Shown here: piece by piece, positions 1 through 9,244 of the stretch | How positions within the stretch are numbered: position 1 is the stretch's first letter | Layout: the number at the start of each line of letters is the position of its first letter | IMG/VR virus record: IMGVR_UViG_3300035704_000002 | Span: 32,001 to 96,000 of that record | Source of the DNA: a virus | Strand: one strand, 5' to 3' | Length of the DNA: 64,000 bases | Program-made: the position numbers and the translations under genes | The notes under the pieces: generated by a model | What the model saw: only the letters and a program-made list of their open reading frames with translations | What the model was told of the DNA's origin: nothing | Database searches by the model: none

Positions 1-377
1 CAGATGTGAGCGCGGGTCTCCGTCCGGATCAGCCGCTCGCCGTAGTAGTCGACCACGGCGGCCATGGCCCAGTGCTTCGTGGTGAGGTCGGCGATCAGTT
101 CGGCGCGCCATTCGTTGATGCTCTTGCGCAGTTCTCGGCGCGCCTGGATAGCCGCTATGCGCACCTGGTCGCGATCGTCATGCTGCACGGCGACGTAGCC
201 GGAGCCGGAGCACGAGACGATCATCTTGTCGTCCACGCGGTGCTCGGCGACGACTTTGGTGTTCGGCTTCAACGTGACGTCCTAGAGGCAGATCAGGCAG
301 GTGGGGAGCGACTTGACGCGTTCCGCGACGGGAAGCAGGTTGATGAGCTGTTCGGCGGTGGGCGTGGTGATGGACAT
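1..377 (-). pseudogene. Zn-finger-like small phage protein interrupted by an in-frame TAG (282-284); runs off window edge
   Basis: SD GGAAGG and ATG at 377 downstream of a consensus promoter; reads MSITTP...CLICL*DVTLKPNTKVVAEH...CSGSGY and stays open to base 1. Confidence 0.6.
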
Positions 378-411
378 CGGTCGGTCCTTCCGATACGGGT
401 TGTGTGATGTG

Positions 412-440
412 AATGTAGCCTAGCTATCAAGGCTTGACAA
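412..440 (-). promoter_or_regulatory. Repeated phage promoter/operator
   Basis: TTGTCA-agccttgatagctaggc-TACATT, 17-nt spacer. Confidence 0.8.
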
Positions 441-556
441 GCCTAGATGTGGGACCAGCACGCCACCAGCGCCGATGACCGGCGCTGCTCCCGCACTCGG
501 CCGCACCGGTGCGCCACACTGCGCACCGACCAAACCTCACGGAGGGATCACCGCTC

Positions 557-1030
557 ATGTGCGCGTTCTACAACGGGGCCGGCTCTCGGCTCACCAAGAC
601 TCAGGTGCTGGCGCTGACCCAGACGCCGGCCGTGGCCGACCCGCCGTTGCAGTTCACGGCGCCGGTGTACCAGACCTACTCCGAAGACAACGACCCGCGC
701 GACTTCGAAGACCTCAACCGCGTGATGTGGACGACCGGCGAGGTGGTGCCCACCAGTGTGATCACCGGCGCGTTCGTGCTCGCCACGATCGCGTCGATCA
801 CGCCGAACGCGGGCCTGGCGGCCGGCGGTACGGCCATCGTGATCAAGGGCACCGACTTCGGCGGCACGGTCGGCGTGACCATCGGCGCCGTGGCGTGTAC
901 CAGCGTCAAGGTGGTCGACTCCAAGACGATCACCGCCGTCTCGCCGGCCAAGACGGCCGGCACGTACGACGTCATCGTGCAGGACGACGCGGGCAACGTC
1001 ACGGCCACGGCCGCGTTCACCACGGCCTGA
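557..1030 (+). CDS. IPT/TIG (Ig-like) domain protein
   Basis: SD GGAGG; ITPNAGLAAGGTAIVIKGTDF...ITAVSPA...YDVIV IPT signature. Confidence 0.8.
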   Translation: MCAFYNGAGSRLTKTQVLALTQTPAVADPPLQFTAPVYQTYSEDNDPRDFEDLNRVMWTTGEVVPTSVITGAFVLATIASITPNAGLAAGGTAIVIKGTDFGGTVGVTIGAVACTSVKVVDSKTITAVSPAKTAGTYDVIVQDDAGNVTATAAFTTA

Positions 1031-1046
1031 TCAGACGCCGGGCCGC

Positions 1047-1535
1047 CTACTTTTGATGACGGGCGGCCCGGCGTCGTGCGCTGTTGCGATTGGAAGCCAG
1101 AACGCAGATCTTGCAGCGTCGGTATGTTCGACCGCGCCCCTGGTGGTAGTACGTATTTTCTTCGGTGAGTGCGTGACCATTCGAGCAATGATCTTTATCT
1201 AGATTGGCACGCGAGGGCGATCGGCCACGTAGCCAGTTTTCGCGCTGTGTCACTGGCTCTAGGTGAGCCGGGTTGACGCATCTGCGATGGGAACAGTCCA
1301 ATCCGCCAGGGCAACTCTGATCTTGACTGTGACATATGTGATCGAGACCCATGTTGTCAGGGATGGGTCCTACCAGAAGCGCGTAGACCAATCGGTGCGC
1401 TTTGATCTGAACTTTTTTCCCGACTGATCGGCGCCCGTAACCGCTGGCCGCATTGATATTGCCTTGCCAGGGCCAGCATCCTGACCTGGTTTCGTGCGCA
1501 CGGGATTCCGCGATGAGTTGTTCTACGGTCTTCAC
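1047..1535 (-). CDS. Free-standing HNH endonuclease
   Basis: CWPWQG..GYG..AHR..LDHIC..CVNPAHLEPVT..EN, then CSNGH/CKIC zinc motifs; lower GC than flanks. Confidence 0.9.
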   Translation of the reverse strand: MKTVEQLIAESRAHETRSGCWPWQGNINAASGYGRRSVGKKVQIKAHRLVYALLVGPIPDNMGLDHICHSQDQSCPGGLDCSHRRCVNPAHLEPVTQRENWLRGRSPSRANLDKDHCSNGHALTEENTYYHQGRGRTYRRCKICVLASNRNSARRRAARHQK

Positions 1536-1592
1536 CGTGCCATGATGACTCTGGCACGCCATGATGACAAGTTACTGGGGTTGATCGAATTG

Positions 1593-2486
1593 ATGGCACT
1601 TGGGCACGCGAAGACCGGCGTCGTCGTCGGCCTCGTCGCCGCCGATCTCGCTCACACCAGCATCATCGCCGGGCTTGCCCTGACCATGCTCACGGCCGGC
1701 GCCGCGCTGCTGCCCGACCTCGACCATCCCTCGGCGACCGCCGCGCGTGCGTTTGGTCCCGTTACCGAGCTGATCGCCGGCCTGCTGGATCGAGCGGGAG
1801 TGTGGATCTACAACGCCACCGCCACTCGATACGACCGGCGGGTACGCGACGGACACCGCACCATCACCCACACCGCGATCTTCGCACTGCTCGCCGGCAC
1901 TGGCGTCGGCGCGCTGGACGCCGCCGTGGGCCGCTGGGCGCTGCTGGGCACGCTGTTCGTGCTCGCCTCCCTGGCCGTGCGCGGACTGACCGCCTCGCCC
2001 CGGCGCGATCCCCGCGCGCACCGCGTCCTGCACCGCGTCCGGGTGATCAGCCGCGCACTGCACTGGAGCGCGCGAACCCGCAAGCGCGCGCACCGCTTCC
2101 ACGCCAACGCCCTGAGCGTCAGCGCGTACGCCATCGTGTTCACCGCCGCCTGCTACTTCGCTGTGCCCCAGATCGATCCGTTGCTGCTGGGCGAATGTGT
2201 CGCACTGGGCTGCTGGACGCACTGCCTCGGCGACTCGTGCACCCTGGCCGGCTGCCCGTGGCTGTGGCCGCTGCGCATCAAGGGCCGGCACTGGTACCCC
2301 ATTGGCACACCGCAGTTCCTGCGCTTCCGCACCGGCGGCAACAACGACGGCGGCGTCAGCGGTGAATACCGGTTCGGCGTCGCGCTGAATCTCGCGATCA
2401 TCGCGGCGGCGGCCGTCCTGATCGACCCGTGGGTCGTCACGGTCATCCGCGACGCGCACGGTGCCTACAACGCGCTGACACCCTGA
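1593..2486 (+). CDS. Membrane metal-dependent hydrolase (YdjM-like)
   Basis: H..G, LLPDLDHP, HRTITH, HCLGD..T..G.PWLWP motifs with TM segments. Confidence 0.85.
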   Translation: MALGHAKTGVVVGLVAADLAHTSIIAGLALTMLTAGAALLPDLDHPSATAARAFGPVTELIAGLLDRAGVWIYNATATRYDRRVRDGHRTITHTAIFALLAGTGVGALDAAVGRWALLGTLFVLASLAVRGLTASPRRDPRAHRVLHRVRVISRALHWSARTRKRAHRFHANALSVSAYAIVFTAACYFAVPQIDPLLLGECVALGCWTHCLGDSCTLAGCPWLWPLRIKGRHWYPIGTPQFLRFRTGGNNDGGVSGEYRFGVALNLAIIAAAAVLIDPWVVTVIRDAHGAYNALTP

Positions 2487-2704
2487 TCGTCACACCACAC
2501 CAACGCGGTCTCGCCGTCCCGCAACACGATCTGCGTATCAGCGCCCCGATATCCCGCCGGGGCGCTGTCCGCGTAGCGCACATCCACGATGAACTCGGCC
2601 CGGTCCACCCGCCAGCGCCAGCCCTCCACGTGCGCGTGCAGCGCGCCGCACCGGATCAGCGCGCCGGTGGCCAGATCCTGCGGCGGCACCGGCGTCCAGG
2701 CCAT
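2465..2704 (-). CDS. Hypothetical protein
   Basis: MAWTPVPPQ start overlapping the upstream stop (TGATG). Confidence 0.5.
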   Translation of the reverse strand: MAWTPVPPQDLATGALIRCGALHAHVEGWRWRVDRAEFIVDVRYADSAPAGYRGADTQIVLRDGETALVWCDDQGVSAL

Positions 2705-2907
2705 CACGCCGACCGATCCACGCGCTGCCACGCCATCCCCAGCGCCGGCCCGACAAGGCAGGCCAGCCCGAAGCCGCCCAGACCCCAGTGCAGGCGCGCC
2801 GGATCGAGTGGGCCGGTACTCACGTAGCAGGCCAGGGCCAGGAGACCGGACACGTACACCAGCGTGCTCCACGCGACGACGCGGACACGGCGGTAAGCCA
2901 GACGCAT
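2704..2907 (-). CDS. Small two-TM membrane protein
   Basis: Two hydrophobic segments; coupled to the next gene. Confidence 0.5.
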   Translation of the reverse strand: MRLAYRRVRVVAWSTLVYVSGLLALACYVSTGPLDPARLHWGLGGFGLACLVGPALGMAWQRVDRSA

Positions 2908-2943
2908 TGGAATAATCCCCGAGTTCGTTGGTGTCAAAGACAA

Positions 2944-2980
2944 CGGCGCCCGGCCTCCGCGAAAGAGACCGGGCGCCGTC
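2944..2980. terminator. GC-rich hairpin
   Basis: acggcgcccgg...ccgggcgccgt stem downstream of the HTH gene. Confidence 0.6.
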
Positions 2981-2994
2981 TTCCTGTTGTTGTT

Positions 2995-3594
2995 CTACAC
3001 CGCCACCGCGTCAGGTTGCGGTGTGGCCGCCTTCTCGGCGCTCTGCCGGCGCGTGGTACGGCCACGTGGCGCACGCTCGCGCAGCCATACGCGCACCGCC
3101 GCGCCTTCGTGCACGACGAAGGGAACGCCGGAGTGGCCGTCCTCGTCGCGCTCGCGCAGCGCCACCGGCGGCGGGAAGTGCGCGTCACGCGCCTTCCAGC
3201 GGCGGATCGTCTGCTCGTGCACCCTGGCCAGCGCGGCGATCTCCACGACGGAGAGCAGGTCGCGCGCGGCGGCGTCCTCGGCGCTGACCTTGGGCAGCGG
3301 CGTGTAGGTGCCGCCCAGGTTCAGGTCGGTGGACGCGTTGCGCCGCTTCAGGCAGTCCTCGACCTGCGTGGTGCTGTAGTAGGGGTTGGTGCCGATGCGG
3401 GCCGCCGGCCGGGACAGCGCGCCCAACGGGTTGATGGCGGAGGTGATCGGCTCCCTGGACAGTAGGTCGGTGATCGTGGTCGGGCTGAACCCGGTCAGTT
3501 CCGATACCTGAGCCACGGTCAGATACGTCCGTGCGGTCTCCAGGTCGTCGTACAGGTCCGGGACGTTCGCGATCCACTGAGCCCTGGTGTTCAT
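2995..3594 (-). CDS. DNA-binding protein with two MerR/AlpA-like HTH domains
   Basis: YLTVAQVSELTGFSPTTI and LLSVVEIAALARVHEQTIRRW..FPPP; SD AGGAGG. Confidence 0.8.
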   Translation of the reverse strand: MNTRAQWIANVPDLYDDLETARTYLTVAQVSELTGFSPTTITDLLSREPITSAINPLGALSRPAARIGTNPYYSTTQVEDCLKRRNASTDLNLGGTYTPLPKVSAEDAAARDLLSVVEIAALARVHEQTIRRWKARDAHFPPPVALRERDEDGHSGVPFVVHEGAAVRVWLRERAPRGRTTRRQSAEKAATPQPDAVAV

Positions 3595-3632
3595 GTCACC
3601 TCCTGTGTGCGGGTGCGTGCGTGCTTGCGGCT

Positions 3633-3661
3633 ATGCTAGCCGAGTTACCCCGGCTGGTCAA
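3633..3661 (-). promoter_or_regulatory. Repeated phage promoter/operator
   Basis: TTGACC-agccggggtaactcggc-TAGCAT. Confidence 0.75.
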
Positions 3662-3670
3662 GCTGGCTGA

Positions 3671-4012
3671 TCACGAGCCCGGAATGGGATGCCACACCCA
3701 GTGCTGTCGGCGTCCCCGCTCGGTCAGCACCCAGTGCTGGGCATCACGCACCCGCACCCAGCCCACCTCTCGGATGTGCCCCAGTGCGGCCTCCTCGGCG
3801 TCGGTCCACGGACTGCCCGGCACTGTGCCGATGTGCCGGAAGCCCGCCGCGTGAAACGGTGACGTCCAGCTCGATCGGCTTGACCGCGCCAGGAACACCA
3901 CACTGCCGGACTGCACAGCCATCAGCATGTCGCCTTCCGGGCTATCCCGCTCGATCGCCAGCTCGGCCGGCGACGACTCCTCGGTCCGCGTCTCGACCTC
4001 CGAATCCGTCAT
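3671..4012 (-). CDS. Hypothetical protein
   Basis: SD GGAGG; ATGA coupling within a minus-strand operon. Confidence 0.6.
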   Translation of the reverse strand: MTDSEVETRTEESSPAELAIERDSPEGDMLMAVQSGSVVFLARSSRSSWTSPFHAAGFRHIGTVPGSPWTDAEEAALGHIREVGWVRVRDAQHWVLTERGRRQHWVWHPIPGS

Positions 4013-4290
4013 TGCAGCGGCACCTCCACTCCCTGCTCGGCTGCCGCCGCGTTCAACTGCTCGCGCGTCGCCGGGTCGAACCAGTCACCCTCCACCATCT
4101 CGGCGGCCGGTACCGGTGGCAGTGGCAGCGCTTCGGCGCGCCACACCGGCATGCCGAGCAGCATCCACACGCGCAGCGTGTGCGCGGCCCGTGTCGCCAG
4201 GCCGGGCGCGGGTAGCCGTGGTGACCACGAGGTGGACAGGATCACCGTGGTGCGCACCGGTGGGTCGGCTCTGTCACCTGGCGCGCTCAC
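4009..4290 (-). CDS. Hypothetical protein
   Basis: GTGA overlap with the upstream stop. Confidence 0.5.
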   Translation of the reverse strand: MSAPGDRADPPVRTTVILSTSWSPRLPAPGLATRAAHTLRVWMLLGMPVWRAEALPLPPVPAAEMVEGDWFDPATREQLNAAAAEQGVEVPLQ

Positions 4291-4793
4291 CGTGTCGTGC
4301 TGACGTCGCCGGGCGGACGGTCGTCGCTCATCGCCGCGTGCTGCTGTACCCACTTCTGCGGCAGCACCGTGACCGCGATATCGACCGTGGCCACCTTCGT
4401 CCTGTCGTTGCGCAGGAAGGCGACCGATTCGGGGGCGTGCGTGGTGTGCAGGTGAAGCCCGATCGGGATGACGTCCCGTTCGATACATTCGCGCATCACG
4501 GAACGCAGTGCGGCCACCAGGGAATTGATCGGGTTGTTCAGTGTCTGCGCCTGGTGGGCGAGGATGCCGAGAAGCTGTTCAGGGCTGAGCGAAGCGCTCA
4601 CGTCCGCCGCCGTCGCCCCGGATTGCCGCCACGTCCAATGCAGTGTGCCGACCATCACGCCCTGGTCCTGAATGACGTCGATGTGGATCGGTGTTGGCGG
4701 TCGATCCTGACGGGTAACTACGTTGCGGCCAATGTTGTAGAACCGGTCGATGTCCCGTTCGCTGGTCGCGGATGCGCTGCTGGAATCGCTCAC
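4287..4793 (-). CDS. Hypothetical protein
   Basis: GTGA overlap; operon context. Confidence 0.6.
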   Translation of the reverse strand: MSDSSSASATSERDIDRFYNIGRNVVTRQDRPPTPIHIDVIQDQGVMVGTLHWTWRQSGATAADVSASLSPEQLLGILAHQAQTLNNPINSLVAALRSVMRECIERDVIPIGLHLHTTHAPESVAFLRNDRTKVATVDIAVTVLPQKWVQQHAAMSDDRPPGDVSTTR

Positions 4794-5230
4794 GTGGCCG
4801 CTCCCGATTCGGCGACCGGTGTGACGTCGGCTGGCTGCACCGGTGGTTCGGCGTACGCGGCCGACAGCACGGCCAGCGCGAAGTCGACCATGTCGGTGGG
4901 TGGCATGCGCACGGACACGACGGCGGGTCCGTGCTGGAGGGTCAGCGCCACGTGCTCCGCACTCTCGCGATGTACGGCCAGAACCGGGTACTGCGCGCCT
5001 TCGTCCAGTTCTGCGGCGCGCAGCAGGCCGTACCAGTGCCGTTCGCGCGCCAGATCGTCCCGATAGGTCGGCACGGCGGGCACGGGGGCGCCGTCGGCGA
5101 ACACGGCGATGGCCGCGTCGGCGAGCGGACCGAGAGGCGCGGCCAACGCCATGCTGCTGGGCATGTGCATGGTGGCGCTGGAGAGTTTGGCGCGGAATTC
5201 CTTGATCAAGGTGGCTCGAAGATCGGTCAC
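4790..5230 (-). CDS. Hypothetical protein
   Basis: SD GAGGAGG; first gene of the operon. Confidence 0.65.
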   Translation of the reverse strand: MTDLRATLIKEFRAKLSSATMHMPSSMALAAPLGPLADAAIAVFADGAPVPAVPTYRDDLARERHWYGLLRAAELDEGAQYPVLAVHRESAEHVALTLQHGPAVVSVRMPPTDMVDFALAVLSAAYAEPPVQPADVTPVAESGAAT

Positions 5231-5327
5231 CAGGTGTTCCTCCTCGGGCGTCGGGATGGTTAACCTGCGAATACTAGCCCCGGCTAGTCGTACCTAGCTA
5301 GTCCGGCTACCATTGACGGCGAGAAGT

Positions 5328-5567
5328 TCACCCTGGTGAGCGGATCAAATGATCGTGACACCGCCGTCGCCTCCCGAATGTCCATGGGAGCGGGCGGTTC
5401 GCGTAATGCCTATTCTGTCTGGTCAGCCTCCTGGTGTGCGCGGGCGCGACGAAGTCGGGCAGCGCGGTCAGCACGTCGGCCGCGTCGACATCGATGTTGT
5501 AGTCACCATTGCTGAGAACGTCGGCAATGTCGTTGGCCAGCATGTCCATGTCGAATTTCCTGTTCAT
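5328..5567 (-). CDS. Hypothetical protein, probably leaderless
   Basis: ATG 7 nt after the -10 TACGCT. Confidence 0.55.
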   Translation of the reverse strand: MNRKFDMDMLANDIADVLSNGDYNIDVDAADVLTALPDFVAPAHTRRLTRQNRHYANRPLPWTFGRRRRCHDHLIRSPG

Positions 5568-5574
5568 GGTACCT

Positions 5575-5625
5575 AGCGTAGCCTGATTATCCAGGCTTGA
5601 CAAGCCTAACTAGTTCGGCTAGCCT
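5575..5625. promoter_or_regulatory. Divergent promoter pair sharing one -35 region
   Basis: CTTGACAAG gives TTGACA (+) and TTGTCA (-); each has a 17-nt AGCC..GGC spacer and a -10 (TAGCCT, TACGCT). Confidence 0.8.
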
Positions 5626-5663
5626 GACACATGTCAGCCGAGAGCGAACGGCAGGAGCCCCCG

Positions 5664-6818
5664 ATGATCTGGACCCTCACCCCCGCCGAACTGGAAGCCA
5701 CCGAAGCGAAGATCGCGACGATCAACGCGCGCGCCGCCAAGCGCGGCTTCACCGGCCGACTGACCGTCGACTCGCGCCGCACCGAGGTCACCGAGGTCAC
5801 CGAATCCGGTTTGTCGGTCACCGAGGTGCGCTACGAAACCACCCTCGGCGGCGACGCCCCCTGCTACAACGGCTGGACGCTGTTGGCCGTACTGGACTGG
5901 GAGGGTGAGGACGGCCTGATCGTGCGCACCGCTCCCGGTGTCGAGTCGGTCAACCGCGACAGCCTGGTCCGCGACTACTGCGGTCACTGCAACACCACCC
6001 GCAACCGCCGCAAGATCTACCTGGTCGGCAACGCCGACGGCACCCAGGTGCAGGTCGGTTCCACCTGCCTGAAGGACTTCCTGGGCTGGACCGGCAACCC
6101 CGTGTTCTACGGCGTCGGCCAGATCACCGACGAGATCGACGGCATGCTGGGCGCGGGCTGTTGGGAGCACACCTACACCACCGAGACCGTGCTGGCCGCC
6201 GCATGGGCCGCCACCACGATGTTCGGCTATGTCAAGACCAGCGACTGGAGCAAGACGCCCACCAAGAACGTGGTGCTGTGCCTGCTGGATCCCCGTAGCC
6301 AGGCCGATCGGGAGCTGGCCCGCGACTGCGCGCCGGTGATCGCCAACGCCGCCGGCACGGCCGCCAAGGTCCGCGAGTTCATCTTGTCCGAGGCGTTCAG
6401 TGGTGAGGGCGAGTACGTGCGCAACCTCAAGGTGCTGGCCGGCCTGGATGAGGTGTCCTCTCGCAACATCGGCATCCTGGCATCGGCTCCGCAGGCGTGG
6501 GCGCGCGCACAGGAGCGCACGCTGATCCGCGAGCGGGAGCGCGCCGACGTGCTCAACGAGTTCGTTGGCAGCCCCAAGGCGCGCCTGGTGCTCACGGTGC
6601 GCGTCAAGGCCGTCCAGTTCATCCCCGGCGACTACGGCACGACGACGCTCTACACGATGACCGATGAAGCCGGACACCAGTTCAAGTGGTTCGCCCGCAC
6701 GGACGCCCTGGGCGAGGAGCCCAGCGAGACCCTGGTGACCATCAGGGGCACCGTGAAGAAGCACGAGGAGTACCAGGGCCAACGTTCCACCGTGCTGACC
6801 CGGTGCGCGGTGCAGTGA
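5664..6818 (+). CDS. Conserved phage protein with Zn ribbon and C-terminal OB-fold-like region
   Basis: CGHC..RNR, QVGSTCLKDF, GTVKKHEEYQGQRSTVLTRC; SD CAGGAG (alternative start 5631). Confidence 0.75.
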   Translation: MIWTLTPAELEATEAKIATINARAAKRGFTGRLTVDSRRTEVTEVTESGLSVTEVRYETTLGGDAPCYNGWTLLAVLDWEGEDGLIVRTAPGVESVNRDSLVRDYCGHCNTTRNRRKIYLVGNADGTQVQVGSTCLKDFLGWTGNPVFYGVGQITDEIDGMLGAGCWEHTYTTETVLAAAWAATTMFGYVKTSDWSKTPTKNVVLCLLDPRSQADRELARDCAPVIANAAGTAAKVREFILSEAFSGEGEYVRNLKVLAGLDEVSSRNIGILASAPQAWARAQERTLIRERERADVLNEFVGSPKARLVLTVRVKAVQFIPGDYGTTTLYTMTDEAGHQFKWFARTDALGEEPSETLVTIRGTVKKHEEYQGQRSTVLTRCAVQ

Positions 6819-6830
6819 CCGGCGCGGAGG

Positions 6831-6856
6831 GGGACTTCCGTTGGCCCGGAAGTCCC
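6831..6856. terminator. Hairpin
   Basis: gggacttccg...cggaagtccc. Confidence 0.55.
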
Positions 6857-6971
6857 TCCCCTGTGCTCGGCCGGGTCACACGATGCTCGGGAACGGGCGA
6901 TGTTCTGCCTGGTCGTGAGGCTAGCGAACGTGGCGGCGGCGGGTGGTCTCGTTGGATGCCCTTGAACTACC

Positions 6972-7000
6972 TTGACAAGCCTAGTTAAGTAGGCTTCACT
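6972..7000 (+). promoter_or_regulatory. Repeated phage promoter/operator
   Basis: TTGACA-agcctagttaagtaggc-TTCACT (weak -10). Confidence 0.65.
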
Positions 7001-7030
7001 TAAGACTCACCCCGCGATCAGGAGGCCACC

Positions 7031-7315
7031 GTGAACGACACGACGACCGGCACCGAATTCGTTCGCCACACCTGCAACGCCGCTCGCCCCGGTCAGCCGC
7101 TGCCCTTCGGTCGCAAGGCGCCCGAGGGTGCGTGTCCGCGTTGCGACGAACTGCGCGCCGGTGCTCCGGCCCGCGAGGCGCACCCGGCCATCCGCGCCGT
7201 CGTCGCCCGCCGGGCCGACGACGCCCAGCGCGTGCTCGACAATCGGGCGCACTTCGCCAGCCAGACGCACCGCTCGGGCGGGTGCGGCCCGGTGTGCACT
7301 TTCGGGGAGTGGTAA
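7031..7315 (+). CDS. Small Cys/His-rich phage protein
   Basis: SD AGGAGG; HTC, CPRC, CGPVCTFGEW. Confidence 0.7.
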   Translation: MNDTTTGTEFVRHTCNAARPGQPLPFGRKAPEGACPRCDELRAGAPAREAHPAIRAVVARRADDAQRVLDNRAHFASQTHRSGGCGPVCTFGEW

Positions 7316-7318
7316 CCC

Positions 7319-7516
7319 GTGGTTCGCGTGAACTTCGTCGTAGAACCGGGCGGTGTCGCACTCGGCACCCTGGTCGCCCTGTTCATCGCCGCCAAGGGTG
7401 TCGGGCTCGTGACGTGGTCATGGCTGTGGGTGCTGGCTTCGCTGTGGGTTCCGGCCGGAATCGCGCTGCTGACCGTACTGGTGATCGGCTTCCTCGGTTT
7501 GCTGATCGCCGAGTAA
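7319..7516 (+). CDS. Small membrane protein
   Basis: WSWLWVLASLW TM pattern. Confidence 0.7.
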   Translation: MVRVNFVVEPGGVALGTLVALFIAAKGVGLVTWSWLWVLASLWVPAGIALLTVLVIGFLGLLIAE

Positions 7517-7569
7517 TCGGAGCTTGTCAAGCCTAGTTATCCCGTCCTGCCCACCCGTGACAACGAGGA

Positions 7570-7977
7570 ATGATCATGCCCGAGTCCACTGCGCGCATCG
7601 TCTTCGGCGACTGCGTTCTGACCTACATTCTTAGCGCGGAGGCGTGGTACGCGTACGCGCTCAGCAGCCTGGAACAGGCCGACCTGCTGCTGTTGGCTCG
7701 GTCACCGTCCGGAGTTGTGCACTGGGAGGTGCGCGTCATCGACCGCGCCGACCTCGGCCAGCCGCTGGTGGAGATCCGACTCACCGGTGACGACGTCGCC
7801 GCGTTCGTTGACGTGCCGGACTTCTTCGCCGCACTGGCGACCGGACAGCCACGCGACCTGGTCGCGGTGCGCGCCATCGCCGATGCCATCGGCGCGATCG
7901 ACGGCACGCCGCGCGAGCGTCCGCCGCTTCCCCCGTTGGACGAGGGAACGGCGCGCGCCATCGGCGAGGTGTCCTGA
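7570..7977 (+). CDS. Hypothetical protein
   Basis: SD GAGGA; typical codon usage. Confidence 0.65.
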   Translation: MIMPESTARIVFGDCVLTYILSAEAWYAYALSSLEQADLLLLARSPSGVVHWEVRVIDRADLGQPLVEIRLTGDDVAAFVDVPDFFAALATGQPRDLVAVRAIADAIGAIDGTPRERPPLPPLDEGTARAIGEVS

Positions 7978-7978
7978 C

Positions 7979-8284
7979 GTGGCCTGGGAGCGCGGTCAGC
8001 TCGTGCGTGTGAACGGCTGGCCGGCTTGGGTGTGCCACCAGCACCGGCGCAACAGCCAGGACGGCGTCATGGTCTACACGCTGCCCCGATTACCGGGTCG
8101 GTCGGTGCGCGGGGCACCGGATGTCGGTATCCAGATGTGGGCGCCACTGCCGGACGTGGGACGCACCTGCCAGCACCAGGCCGTCGATCGTGAGACGGGG
8201 GTGTTGTACTGCGGTCAGCCACCGGCGATGAACAGCGTGTACTGCGTGACTCATCAGGTTGATCACGGTGAACTGGACTGGTGA
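7979..8284 (+). CDS. Hypothetical protein with C-terminal C..C..CxxH motif
   Basis: SD GAGG; follows the previous stop. Confidence 0.55.
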   Translation: MAWERGQLVRVNGWPAWVCHQHRRNSQDGVMVYTLPRLPGRSVRGAPDVGIQMWAPLPDVGRTCQHQAVDRETGVLYCGQPPAMNSVYCVTHQVDHGELDW

Positions 8285-8291
8285 GATGCCT

Positions 8292-8320
8292 TTGACCAGC
8301 CTGGATAACTAGGCTAGCCT
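8292..8320 (+). promoter_or_regulatory. Repeated phage promoter/operator (leaderless)
   Basis: TTGACC-agcctggataactaggc-TAGCCT, ATG 6 nt later. Confidence 0.8.
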
Positions 8321-8326
8321 CACGCC

Positions 8327-8794
8327 ATGAGCAGCAAATATTCCACCACCGGCTGGAACGGCGCCCGACGTGGACACAAGGCCGAACACGCCGCCGGAGG
8401 TGTTCGCCGACACTCCGGTGGCACCACCACCGTCCTGCCCGACAACGCCGGCTTCAGTTGGAGCAGCCCCGGCGGTCAACTGTTCGTGCCCTTCGCGTCC
8501 ATCGGCGGCGGCTACAGCCCCGACATCCTGGACCGGCTACACCGTTCCCTGCTGGCCTTCGAGGACGTCGACCAGGCGCATGGCACCACCGCGCCGTTTC
8601 CGCCGGGCGTCATCCGTGCCGCCGAGATGCACACGCCGCCGATGGGCGCCGCCGTGTCAGTGCTCGCCGTGCCCGAGTCGGACGTGGATGACACCGAGCC
8701 CGGCTCGGCCCTCGATGGGTCGGTGACCGACACCGATTCGATCGCGCGGGCGGATCTACCCCTGCTGGATCAGTACCGAGAATTGGACATTTAG
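8327..8794 (+). CDS. Hypothetical protein
   Basis: Leaderless start after the promoter. Confidence 0.6.
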   Translation: MSSKYSTTGWNGARRGHKAEHAAGGVRRHSGGTTTVLPDNAGFSWSSPGGQLFVPFASIGGGYSPDILDRLHRSLLAFEDVDQAHGTTAPFPPGVIRAAEMHTPPMGAAVSVLAVPESDVDDTEPGSALDGSVTDTDSIARADLPLLDQYRELDI

Positions 8795-9011
8795 TTTCTC
8801 GCGAGAATCGAACAAACGCGACAGCGAGAATCGGACATTTCGCAGCGAGACGAGAACGAGAATCCACCGCGCCACCGAGACGAGACACAGCATGCGAGCG
8901 AGACGAGAACGAGAATCCACCGCGCCCACCAGCGAGACGAACCCGGCTGGCCAGCGAGACGAGAGCGAGACGACGCCCAGTGCCGACAGCAAGACGAGAC
9001 GAGAATCCACC
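8777..9011. repeat. CGAGA(C/A) repeat cluster 1
   Basis: 29-bp exact direct repeat at 8845-8873 and 8898-8926 plus many CGAGAC/CGAGAA units. Confidence 0.85.
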
Positions 9012-9242
9012 GGCCTGCTGCGCGACCTCGTCTCGCTGCTCGCACTGCTGGCCGGCATCGCAACCGCTGTGCTGTGTCTCGTTCACCTCGGCTGGTGGAC
9101 TGTCGGTCTCGTTGTCTCGCTGGTAACCGCGAGTAGCGGTCTGCTGGGTGCGCTACGCCGTTACGGTGATGAGCCTGCGGCACCGGTGGAGCACCTGATC
9201 GAGATCCGGCATACCGACGAATGGCCCACATCGGACGAGTGA
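8892..9242 (+). CDS. Two-TM membrane protein (start uncertain)
   Basis: LVSLLALLAGIATAVLCLVHLGWWTVGLVVSLV. Confidence 0.45.
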   Translation: MRARRERESTAPTSETNPAGQRDESETTPSADSKTRRESTGLLRDLVSLLALLAGIATAVLCLVHLGWWTVGLVVSLVTASSGLLGALRRYGDEPAAPVEHLIEIRHTDEWPTSDE

Positions 9243-9244
9243 GC

